Source: a virus
Taxonomy: Duplodnaviria > Caudoviricetes
Length of the DNA: 58,262 nt
IMG/VR virus record: IMGVR_UViG_3300043637_000004
Coordinates: 1 to 58,262 of that record
Direction: 5' to 3' (one strand)
Shown here in pieces: positions 1 to 7,066 of this stretch (its first letter is position 1; each line of letters starts with the position of its first letter). Below the pieces are notes generated by a model. It saw only the letters and a program-made list of their open reading frames with translations, was not told where the DNA came from and did no database searches. The position numbers and the translations under genes were made by a program.

Positions 1-160
1 CAGGTCGCTGCCGCTGGCCGCGCCGAACAGCCGGGCCAGGTCGCTGCCGCTGGACGCGCCGATCAGCCGGGCCAGGTCGCTGCCGCTGGCCGCGCCGAAC
101 AGCCGGGCCAGGGCGCTGCCGCTGGCCGCGCCGAACAGCCGGGCCAGGGCGCTGCCGCTG
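1..160. repeat. 36-bp tandem repeat (CAGG[T/G]CGCTGCCGCTGGCCGCGCCGAACAGCCGGGC), about 4.5 copies
   Basis: Units at 1-36, 37-72, 73-108, 109-144 plus a partial unit. Positions 6-119 are identical to 58149-58262. Confidence 0.95.
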
Positions 161-276
161 TGTCCAGCCAGCGCCATAGACAGTTCCGTGTCGGTCAGTG
201 CTTCCAGGTTCTCCAACGCCTTTGCGTAGATCGCCCGTGAGGCGTGCAGTTGGTCAATCAATTTGATGGTGGTCAT
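1..276 (-). CDS. 5' part of a 12-aa tandem-repeat protein; continues across the circular join into 58262..57763
   Basis: ATG at 276 with AAGAGG upstream. Reads MTTIKLIDQLHASRAIYAKALENLEALTDTELSMALAGHSGSAL(ARLFGAASGS[AD]L)n and is open to position 1. Confidence 0.75.
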   Translation of the reverse strand, partial: MTTIKLIDQLHASRAIYAKALENLEALTDTELSMALAGHSGSALARLFGAASGSALARLFGAASGSDLARLIGASSGSDLARLFGAASGSDL

Positions 277-304
277 TCGGTGCCTCTTGGTGGTTGGTGA
301 TAGT

Positions 305-1183
305 TCAGAACGGCGCCTTGTAGGCCCGCAGCTTCTCGCGCTGCGCATCAGTGAATCTCTTGCCCTTGGTCTCGATGAAGGCCATCAAGCGGTCAGGGTC
401 GGTCGGCTTCTCGGCGTCGGTGATCTTGTCGGCCCAGCCGATCTCGCGCTCCGCGAACTCATCGTCGGTGTAGTAGGGCTTCTCCGCTGGCGGTGGCGGC
501 ACAGGTCTATCGCGCTGGCTTGGCGGTGGACGCGGCGCCGGCGGCGGACCACCATCGTCTTCAGCATCGTCGTCCTGCTCAGACAGACCCGTGGCGGCCT
601 TGAGCGTGTACCGCTCCAGGTAGCTCACGGTGCTGGCCCGAGCGTGCATTGCGTTCTTGGCGCCCCCAATGTCAGGTGGGCCGCCGAAACCAACCACCTC
701 GTGGTGACCCTGCACGTGTCGCAGCTTGCATTCCACGCGGATCCACTCTTTCGAGTCTTCGACGATCGCCCATGAGAAGCTCATGCCGTGCCTGGACATG
801 GCCTCCGAGACGCCCAGCACCCAGGCGTGCCCATCTGCGTACTTGCGGCCCTTGAGCGGCCCGTCGTTGACGGTTCGGTTCCGGATCACCTGGACGCCCT
901 CGGACTTGAAGGCGGCGAAGGCCGCGTTGTAGGCGTTCTCTGCTTCGCGCTTCTGCCAGCGCTCGTAGACGTCGATCAGGCCGTTGATCTTGGTCAGGTC
1001 CATGTCGGGGCGCACCGCGGCAGCCTCGATCAGGCGCATCAGCGATGCCGTGCCGCTGGCGGGCTGCGCTTGCTGGATGACGGAGTGCTGTTGCCCGATG
1101 TGTTCCAGCGGCTGCCGCGCGGTCTCCTGCAGCGGGTCGGACACGATGGTGCCGTCCGCGTCGATCGTTGTGGTGGTGTTCAT
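305..1183 (-). CDS. erf: ERF-family ssDNA annealing protein
   Basis: KYAD...HGMSFSW...VECKLRHVQGH...ASTVSYLERYTLKAATGL..DD ERF signature. Separated from the YqaJ exonuclease gene only by the repeat gene when the window is circularised. Confidence 0.85.
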   Translation of the reverse strand: MNTTTTIDADGTIVSDPLQETARQPLEHIGQQHSVIQQAQPASGTASLMRLIEAAAVRPDMDLTKINGLIDVYERWQKREAENAYNAAFAAFKSEGVQVIRNRTVNDGPLKGRKYADGHAWVLGVSEAMSRHGMSFSWAIVEDSKEWIRVECKLRHVQGHHEVVGFGGPPDIGGAKNAMHARASTVSYLERYTLKAATGLSEQDDDAEDDGGPPPAPRPPPSQRDRPVPPPPAEKPYYTDDEFAEREIGWADKITDAEKPTDPDRLMAFIETKGKRFTDAQREKLRAYKAPF

Positions 1184-1283
1184 GGCTTCCCGATGTGAAA
1201 GTGGTGCCGCAAGGCCTGGGCCAGCGCGGCGAAGATGGTGTGCCCGCTGGCGCGCAGGCGAACGGGGGTCGGTTTGTTCCTGC

Positions 1284-1628
1284 TCACAGCCGGCCTTTCA
1301 GGATCTCCAACTGCTCATCCGCCCAGGCCGCCGGCCACTGCAGTTGCCGCTGTTTTTCGGCCGTCGAGGCCCATGCCGCCCTGGCGTGGTTGTTTTCGAC
1401 GTCAGTCATCGCCCGCAGCGGCGGAATTTCGGTTGGCATCACCGGACTGAACCAGGTTTGCGGCTCTGCCGGCGCATGGGCCATGAAGTAGGCCCGCAGC
1501 GACATGCCGGGCCGGCCATGGATGAACTCGCCATTTGGCAAGCCGGAAAGTCCAGCCTCTGGAAAGGCTGGGCCACCGTCATCAGGTTCGGGTGCGCGGC
1601 TCGGCGCGCTGGTCTGATGTTCAGTCAC
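1284..1628 (-). CDS. phage hypothetical protein of the GGPAFP...GMSLRxYF family
   Basis: GTG at 1628 with AAGGA RBS; DDGGPAFP and GMSLRAYFMAHAP motifs. Confidence 0.65.
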   Translation of the reverse strand: MTEHQTSAPSRAPEPDDGGPAFPEAGLSGLPNGEFIHGRPGMSLRAYFMAHAPAEPQTWFSPVMPTEIPPLRAMTDVENNHARAAWASTAEKQRQLQWPAAWADEQLEILKGRL

Positions 1629-1679
1629 TTCGGTCCTTGTGGTCTCGTTTGCGCCGCACGAACTGCAGCACGAGCCCGG

Positions 1680-1762
1680 ACTATGCATGACAGATGCCGC
1701 ACGCGCAAGCGCCTGAATCACGAGTGTGGGTGTTGCGGCATCGGTCGCTCGTGTGCCATCAT
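1680..1762. promoter_or_regulatory. divergent sigma70-like promoters with an inverted-repeat operator
   Basis: Leftward TTGCGC-17-CATAGT (1708..1680); rightward TTGCGG-18-(TGn)CATCAT (1733..1762). GATGCCGCA (1693-1701) and TGCGGCATC (1734-1742) are inverted repeats. Confidence 0.5.
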
Positions 1763-1768
1763 GTCGGC

Positions 1769-1954
1769 ATGACACAAGACGAGCTACGAGACGGGCTGCA
1801 AACGGCCGACCTTGCCATCGTGGCGGGCCGCAGCAAGGTGCATATCCGCACGCTGCAGCGAATCCGTGGGGGCCAGCACAAGGCGAGCCCGCTGACCATC
1901 AAGGCCGTGGCGCCCGTGCTGGCGCGCATGGCTGCGAAGAAGGCTGCGCGATGA
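1769..1954 (+). CDS. small Cro-like HTH regulator, probably leaderless
   Basis: 61 aa with an HTH-like pattern (LAIVAGRSKVHIRTLQRIRGG...SPLTIKAV). First gene of the rightward operon. Confidence 0.65.
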   Translation: MTQDELRDGLQTADLAIVAGRSKVHIRTLQRIRGGQHKASPLTIKAVAPVLARMAAKKAAR

Positions 1955-2319
1955 GCGACAACGTGACGGTGTTTCCAGGCGCCGATGGACTGCCAGAGAA
2001 CCCGCTGCAGTTCGCGCCTCGGCACCCTGGGTTCTGCAGCCACCCAACCATCATCCTTGATGAGCACGACCGCACGGTAAGGTGCTCAGACCCGAAGTGC
2101 GGGGCGGTCCTGGATGCCTTCGATTTCCTGCGCAGCAATGCGCAAACCATCGATAGCGCCTGGCGCAGGCATCGAGAGGTGCTGCGCCAGGCCGGCGAGG
2201 TAAACGACCGCGTGCATACCCTGAAGAAGGAGGAGGCGAGGCTTCGCGCGCAGGTGAAGCGCCTCCAGGACAAGACGGGCTCGGTGCTGGTGGTTCGTCC
2301 AGAGAAAGGCACGCTGTGA
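1951..2319 (+). CDS. phage hypothetical protein (Zn-ribbon plus coiled coil)
   Basis: CSH...DEHDRTVRCSDPKCGAVLDAFDFL; ATGA overlap with the upstream gene. Confidence 0.7.
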   Translation: MSDNVTVFPGADGLPENPLQFAPRHPGFCSHPTIILDEHDRTVRCSDPKCGAVLDAFDFLRSNAQTIDSAWRRHREVLRQAGEVNDRVHTLKKEEARLRAQVKRLQDKTGSVLVVRPEKGTL

Positions 2320-2549
2320 GCAGCCACCGTGGCGCCCTGCGGGCCGAAGAGCGGAAGCTGTGGCCAGACGAGGCCGAGTTCGTGGTGCTGTGGCTGGAAG
2401 TCGGCTACTCGCTGGAGCGCGTTGCCACGGTCATGGACATGACGTTGCCGCACGCCCGCCACTTCCTACCCGGCAAACCCAGGAAGCCGCAGGCCAGGAA
2501 GCGGCTTGAACAGCGCAGCGCGTTTGCCCGGCCCGGGGCCCCCACATGA
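2316..2549 (+). CDS. hypothetical protein, possible HTH
   Basis: GYSLERVATVMDMT; 4-bp overlaps with both neighbours. Confidence 0.55.
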   Translation: MSSHRGALRAEERKLWPDEAEFVVLWLEVGYSLERVATVMDMTLPHARHFLPGKPRKPQARKRLEQRSAFARPGAPT

Positions 2550-2746
2550 GCGCCGCCGAGCCGAAGCGCGTGCAGCTCACGTGCGAAAGGATGAGTGAGC
2601 CGAAGGCACCCGGCTGCCTGACCTGGGCATCCTGGCACAGCGTGCCGGCCTCCGTGCAGTGGTTCCATGCGCTGCTGGAGGCGCGGGAAGCGAAGCTGTT
2701 CGGCGAGCCGTGCCCGATCGGCAACATGCAGGACAAGCCGGAATGA
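2546..2746 (+). CDS. hypothetical protein
   Basis: ATGA coupling on both sides. Confidence 0.5.
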   Translation: MSAAEPKRVQLTCERMSEPKAPGCLTWASWHSVPASVQWFHALLEAREAKLFGEPCPIGNMQDKPE

Positions 2747-3240
2747 CGGCCCGCGTGCTGGACCCGTGCTGCGGCAGCCGGATGATGTGGTTCGACCGCG
2801 AGCACCCGGATGCGGTGTTCGGCGACGCCAGGCGCGAGACGCTGGTGGTCAAGGATGGCTCCCATGGCCGAGTGGACGGCACGCGCACGCTGCGGGTGGA
2901 CCCTGACGTGCAGTTCGATTTCCGCGCGATGCCGTTCCCTGACGGCGCGTTCAAGCTGGTGGCGTTCGATCCGCCCCATCTGGTGCGCGCCGGCCCGCGG
3001 AGTTGGATGGCGGCCAAGTATGGAAAGCTCGAGGCCGACTGGCGGGACGACCTGCGCGCTGGATTCGCCGAGTGCTTCCGCGTGCTGGGTGACGAAGGCG
3101 TGCTGGTGTTCAAGTGGAACGAAACCCAGGTGAAGGTTCGCGAGGTGCTGGCGCTGACGCCGGTGCAGCCGCTCTTCGGCAACACCAGCGGCAAGAAGGC
3201 CGGCACCCACTGGTACGTCTTCATGAAGCCGCGTTCATGA
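2743..3240 (+). CDS. class I SAM-dependent methyltransferase (phage type)
   Basis: VLDPCCGSRMMWFD SAM-binding motif, FDPPH, FRVL..G.LVFKWNE. Confidence 0.85.
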   Translation: MTARVLDPCCGSRMMWFDREHPDAVFGDARRETLVVKDGSHGRVDGTRTLRVDPDVQFDFRAMPFPDGAFKLVAFDPPHLVRAGPRSWMAAKYGKLEADWRDDLRAGFAECFRVLGDEGVLVFKWNETQVKVREVLALTPVQPLFGNTSGKKAGTHWYVFMKPRS

Positions 3241-3554
3241 GCGCCACCGGCGGCTTCGTCGTGGTCGGCCGCCCGCCCGGGACGATCACCTACTCGCGGC
3301 GGATGCGCGCCGACGCAGCCGGCAAGAACTGCGTCTGGGTGCAGGACGGGGCCGGCCAGCCGGTGCTGCAGGCGAAGCTCCAGCAGGTCACCAGGCGCCG
3401 CGCCCGAGTTTCTGCCCACCAGGTGCCCTACCACTCGCGCGCAGCCGCAGACGAGGTTCTGCGCCGCGTGGCGGGCCTGGGCTGGACCGACTTGGAGATC
3501 CGCCAGGACGGCCGGCCGGTGGCCACCACGCGAACGGGGGTTCAAGGTGCTTGA
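3237..3554 (+). CDS. hypothetical protein
   Basis: ATGA overlap with the methyltransferase gene. Confidence 0.55.
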   Translation: MSATGGFVVVGRPPGTITYSRRMRADAAGKNCVWVQDGAGQPVLQAKLQQVTRRRARVSAHQVPYHSRAAADEVLRRVAGLGWTDLEIRQDGRPVATTRTGVQGA

Positions 3555-3616
3555 CGGCGGCGCGCGGTTGCGGCAAAGTCCGACAATCACTGCTGCAACA
3601 GTGGAGATCAGCATTC

Positions 3617-3692
3617 GAGCCTCCTCGCATGCGTTCCCAGGGCACACGCCCTGCCGGTGTTGCAGCACCTGGAACGCAGCCGAGGGGGCTTT
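3617..3692 (+). ncRNA. putative c4-like structured RNA (three-way junction)
   Basis: Outer stem GAGCCTCCTCG/CGAGGGGGCTT, inner stem TGCGTTCC/GGAACGCA, hairpins CAGGGC-acac-GCCCTG and GGTG-ttgcag-CACC, followed by a T-run. Confidence 0.5.
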
Positions 3693-4018
3693 TGCGTTTC
3701 TGGGCCTCCGGTCGGGCAGTGGTGACGAGCCATGCCCTTGCCATCGGGGCACCGGACAAAGACCGCGCTGCGATCGATACCAGCATCCAAGAACCAGGGC
3801 GCCGCAGGGGGCCCGTCTGGCGGCTATCCCACGGCTTCCAGCGAACGACTCATCAAAGGCTGATGAGGGGTGGTAGGGACGTACCAGCGGAGCTAAGTCG
3901 GCCGCTTAAATCGTCAGAGTCCGATGGTGGTTCTGGGGTATCAGGGAATGGCAGGGGAAGCGGGCAGGAAGCCGGGGATCAGTCAACCCCTGCTTTGGCA
4001 GTCATATGGAGAATTGAT

Positions 4019-4270
4019 ATGAGTGACAAACAGAAGATGTGGGCAGTGCAAGTCAATGGGCCTGATGACGTGCATGCATGCGCAGACCGAGAAGTTGCCG
4101 ATGCCTTGGCGCTGGTGCTGAATCGCCAAATTCAACGGCATGGCCCAATGCCTGGATCCCCGGCGGTGGTCGCTGAGGTGATCGAGTGGCCGTACGGTTA
4201 CGAGGCGTGGAAGGCGTCAAGCGAACTGCTTCGACTGGAAGTCACCCTCATTGAGGCTACACGCCCGTGA
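4019..4270 (+). CDS. hypothetical protein
   Basis: ATG with GGAG RBS; WAVQVNGPDDVHA motif typical of small phage proteins. Confidence 0.65.
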   Translation: MSDKQKMWAVQVNGPDDVHACADREVADALALVLNRQIQRHGPMPGSPAVVAEVIEWPYGYEAWKASSELLRLEVTLIEATRP

Positions 4271-4464
4271 CTGTTCGGTGGCATTGCCAGCATCAGAGGC
4301 GATGACAGAACTACGCTAACTGTGGCGATAAAACCGTGTGTTTACCACGGCCCCGGGTCCCGAGCGTTCGGGGGTGGGTGAGGCAGTGACAGCCGGAGAG
4401 ACGGCAACAACCCGCCAACCCGCAGGGCGTCTTCTGCGGACCGAATGAACTGTAGCCCAGCACC

Positions 4465-4740
4465 ATGAGCGACTACGTGAAGGTCCCCACAACCCAAGAG
4501 GTGTGGGCGGCGGTTATGGCCAAGCACCGAGATCAGTTGGTGGTGTTCGAGTCGTTCTCGAACCCGGACGGTCATGCGTTTGGTGGCGGCGGCGCGCACG
4601 GCGAGATGATGACCGTCTACGGCTTCGTCAGCAGTGAGACCCCGCTGATCGGCGCGCGCACCACCTGGGACATAGAGAAAGACGCACTGGGCCAGCCGCA
4701 GCGCCGGAACGAAACCCACGCCTACTGGCTCTGCGCATGA
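4465..4740 (+). CDS. hypothetical protein
   Basis: ORF coupled to the next gene by ATGA. Confidence 0.6.
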   Translation: MSDYVKVPTTQEVWAAVMAKHRDQLVVFESFSNPDGHAFGGGGAHGEMMTVYGFVSSETPLIGARTTWDIEKDALGQPQRRNETHAYWLCA

Positions 4741-4961
4741 AAGTCAAAGGCCACGACGCGCTGGATGCGCAGTGCCCGCGGCGCTGGTGCTGGTCGCCCG
4801 GGAACTACCAGCACCGCGGAGCCTGCGGGGGCGGTGGCAGCCGCAACACGGGGGCGGTGTCATCGTGCTGCCTGGAGCGGGCGCACAGGGGTTGTCCGCA
4901 GCCGCTGCCTGAGCCAGGGGCGCCGAACCCGCACCCATACCCGGAAGGACCGAAGCAATGA
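4737..4961 (+). CDS. small Cys-rich hypothetical protein
   Basis: ATGA overlaps on both sides. Confidence 0.5.
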   Translation: MKVKGHDALDAQCPRRWCWSPGNYQHRGACGGGGSRNTGAVSSCCLERAHRGCPQPLPEPGAPNPHPYPEGPKQ

Positions 4962-5455
4962 GCGAGAACACAAAGATCGAGTGGGCTGACCATACGCAGA
5001 AGCGCGGGGTAAACCCACTTACAGGCCGCCCAGGACCTGCGCCAAAGCCGCCGCGTGACGGCGACAAGAAGCAGGCCCGCCAGCGTATCAATGTCGATGT
5101 GAGAACCGGCCGGCGTCCTCATCCAAACACTCTTCCATGCGTTGACTGTGGGCACGTCAACAGCGATGGAGATAGGCGCCACGAGTACGACCACTACCTA
5201 GGATATGCCGCTGAACACCATGGAGATGTGCAAGTTGTCTGCACCACCTGCCATGCGAAGAGAGACAGTGCGCGGGCGGCTCAGACGCACTGCCTGCGCG
5301 GACATGCGTTCACACCGGAGAACACCCGCACCGCAAAAAATGCGACCAGGCACTGCAAGGAATGCATGCGGTTGCGCGAACAAGAAAGGCCGCCGCGCGG
5401 CACCGACTACTGGGCGCGTGTCAATGCCAAACGAAGGGGATCCGCACGTGGCTGA
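4958..5455 (+). CDS. HNH-like endonuclease fused to a DUF5131-type N-terminus
   Basis: CVDCG...HEYDH...VVCTTCH core and THCLRGHAFTPENT...CKEC Zn module; begins MSENTKIEWADHT. Confidence 0.75.
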   Translation: MSENTKIEWADHTQKRGVNPLTGRPGPAPKPPRDGDKKQARQRINVDVRTGRRPHPNTLPCVDCGHVNSDGDRRHEYDHYLGYAAEHHGDVQVVCTTCHAKRDSARAAQTHCLRGHAFTPENTRTAKNATRHCKECMRLREQERPPRGTDYWARVNAKRRGSARG

Positions 5456-6581
5456 AAAAACGACCATAGAGTGGTGCGACAGTACGTTCAACCCGTTTAT
5501 CGGATGCACGAAGGTCAGCCCCGGGTGCGAAAACTGCTACGCGGAAAAGCTGATGGACCACCGCATGCACAAGGTGGTTTGGGGGGCGGGCCAACAGCGC
5601 GTCCGAACCAGCGCCGCAAACTGGCGCAAGCCGCTGCAGTGGGAGCGTCACGCCGCGGCGTTCCAGGCCGAGCACGGCCGCCGGCAGCGCGTGTTCTGCG
5701 CCTCGCTGGCCGACGTGTTCGACAACCAGGTTCCAATCGCGTGGCTCGCCGATTTCCTGGACCTGTGCCGGCTGACACAGAACCTCGACAAGTTGCTGCT
5801 GACGAAGCGCATCGGCAATGTGAAGCCGCGCCTGGCAGCGGCGCTGGAGTACGCGAGCGGGGTCATGCTGAATCCGCGGCTGGCCTACTGGATCGTCAAC
5901 TGGCTCGACGGTGACCACCCGCCGGCCGACTGCTGGCTCGGAGCCACCGTGGTGAACCAGGAAGAGGCGGACCGCGACATCCCGAAGCTGCTGGCCACGC
6001 CGGCGCGCGTGCGCTTCCTGTCGATCGAGCCGATGCTTGGGCCGGTGGATCTGACCCGCCTGCCGCACGACGGCGACGGAGCTGGTGATGCGCTGGCTGG
6101 AGAGGCGTGGATCGAACATTGGCTTGATGACGCGGGCACGCGACGGGAACGGCGGCGCGCGGGCTCCTTCGGTCGCATCGACTGGGTCATCGCCGGCGGC
6201 GAGAGCGGCCCAGGCGCGCGGCCGATGCATCCTGACTGGTCCCGCTCGCTGCGTGACCAGTGCGCGGCGGCCGGCGTGCCGTTCCTGTTCAAGCAGTGGG
6301 GCGAGTGGCTCCCCGGCCAGAGCGAAACGCATCCATACATCATGGAGATGAATGGAGCGCCGCGATCGATAGCCCATCACCAAGACGGCCGGTGGGGTGA
6401 GACGGACACGAAGATCACGGATCGCAACTACGTCACATGGGATCCGAACGGGACCATGCACGCAGGACCGGTGAACGGCTGGCGCGCCGCCGCCTGGGCC
6501 GAGCGCGTGGGCAAGAAGGCTTCCGGCCGACTGCTGGATGGTGTGGAGCACAACGGCTTCTATGACGGGGTCGGCCGGTGA
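5448..6581 (+). CDS. DUF5131 / phage gp37-gp68 family protein (radical-SAM-like)
   Basis: TIEWCDSTFNPFIGCTKVSPGCENCYAE, RVFCASLADVFD, LLLTKR, FLSIEPMLG, IDWVIAGGESG, PFLFKQWG. Confidence 0.92.
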   Translation: MAEKTTIEWCDSTFNPFIGCTKVSPGCENCYAEKLMDHRMHKVVWGAGQQRVRTSAANWRKPLQWERHAAAFQAEHGRRQRVFCASLADVFDNQVPIAWLADFLDLCRLTQNLDKLLLTKRIGNVKPRLAAALEYASGVMLNPRLAYWIVNWLDGDHPPADCWLGATVVNQEEADRDIPKLLATPARVRFLSIEPMLGPVDLTRLPHDGDGAGDALAGEAWIEHWLDDAGTRRERRRAGSFGRIDWVIAGGESGPGARPMHPDWSRSLRDQCAAAGVPFLFKQWGEWLPGQSETHPYIMEMNGAPRSIAHHQDGRWGETDTKITDRNYVTWDPNGTMHAGPVNGWRAAAWAERVGKKASGRLLDGVEHNGFYDGVGR

Positions 6582-7066
6582 GCGCAGAGAAGGCCATGGC
6601 CGTGTTCGGCGAGATGACGGCAGCAGGGTGCAGCTTCCAGGATGCGCTGCTGGCGGTGTACGAGCTGGGTGCGGCAGATGCGCGCGGCGTTGACCCGGCG
6701 CCGCGGAAGAAGGACAAGGCAATCCCGACGTGCCCGTACGTGAAGATCGTCGAGGCGTACCACCAGCACCTGCCGGGCCTGCCGAAGGTGCGCATCGAGG
6801 AAGGCACGAAGCTGTGGGCCCAGCGCAAGGCCGCGATGATGGCCTTGTGGAAGTGGGTCATGACGTCGATGCGTGGTGACGTGCGCCGGGCCGAGACAGC
6901 GGAGCAGGGCGTGGCCTGGTTCGGAGACTACTTCGCCCAGGCCGCAGCCAACGACTTCATCATGGGCCGCACGCCGAAGAGCAGGGACCATGCGAACTGG
7001 CGGGCCGACCTGGACTTCCTGCTGACTGCCAAGGGCTTCAAGCAGGTATTCGAGAGAACCGAATGA
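6578..7066 (+). CDS. replication protein / helicase loader (resembles the C-terminal domain of phage initiators)
   Basis: IVEAYHQHLPGLPKVR...WFGDYF...DFIMGR...WRADLDFLL; immediately upstream of dnaB. Confidence 0.65.
   Translation: MSAEKAMAVFGEMTAAGCSFQDALLAVYELGAADARGVDPAPRKKDKAIPTCPYVKIVEAYHQHLPGLPKVRIEEGTKLWAQRKAAMMALWKWVMTSMRGDVRRAETAEQGVAWFGDYFAQAAANDFIMGRTPKSRDHANWRADLDFLLTAKGFKQVFERTE

Noticed and set aside
1-160. 36-bp repeats as a CRISPR array
   Set aside because: Units are contiguous with no spacers, are in frame within a gene, and no cas genes are visible.
3860-3900. CTGATGAG as a hammerhead ribozyme core
   Set aside because: No stem II followed by GAAA; the motif is part of a simple hairpin.
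3551-4018. N-terminal extension of the 239-aa ORF
   Set aside because: TTG start, non-protein-like composition and strong RNA structure. A good RBS and ATG lie at 4019.
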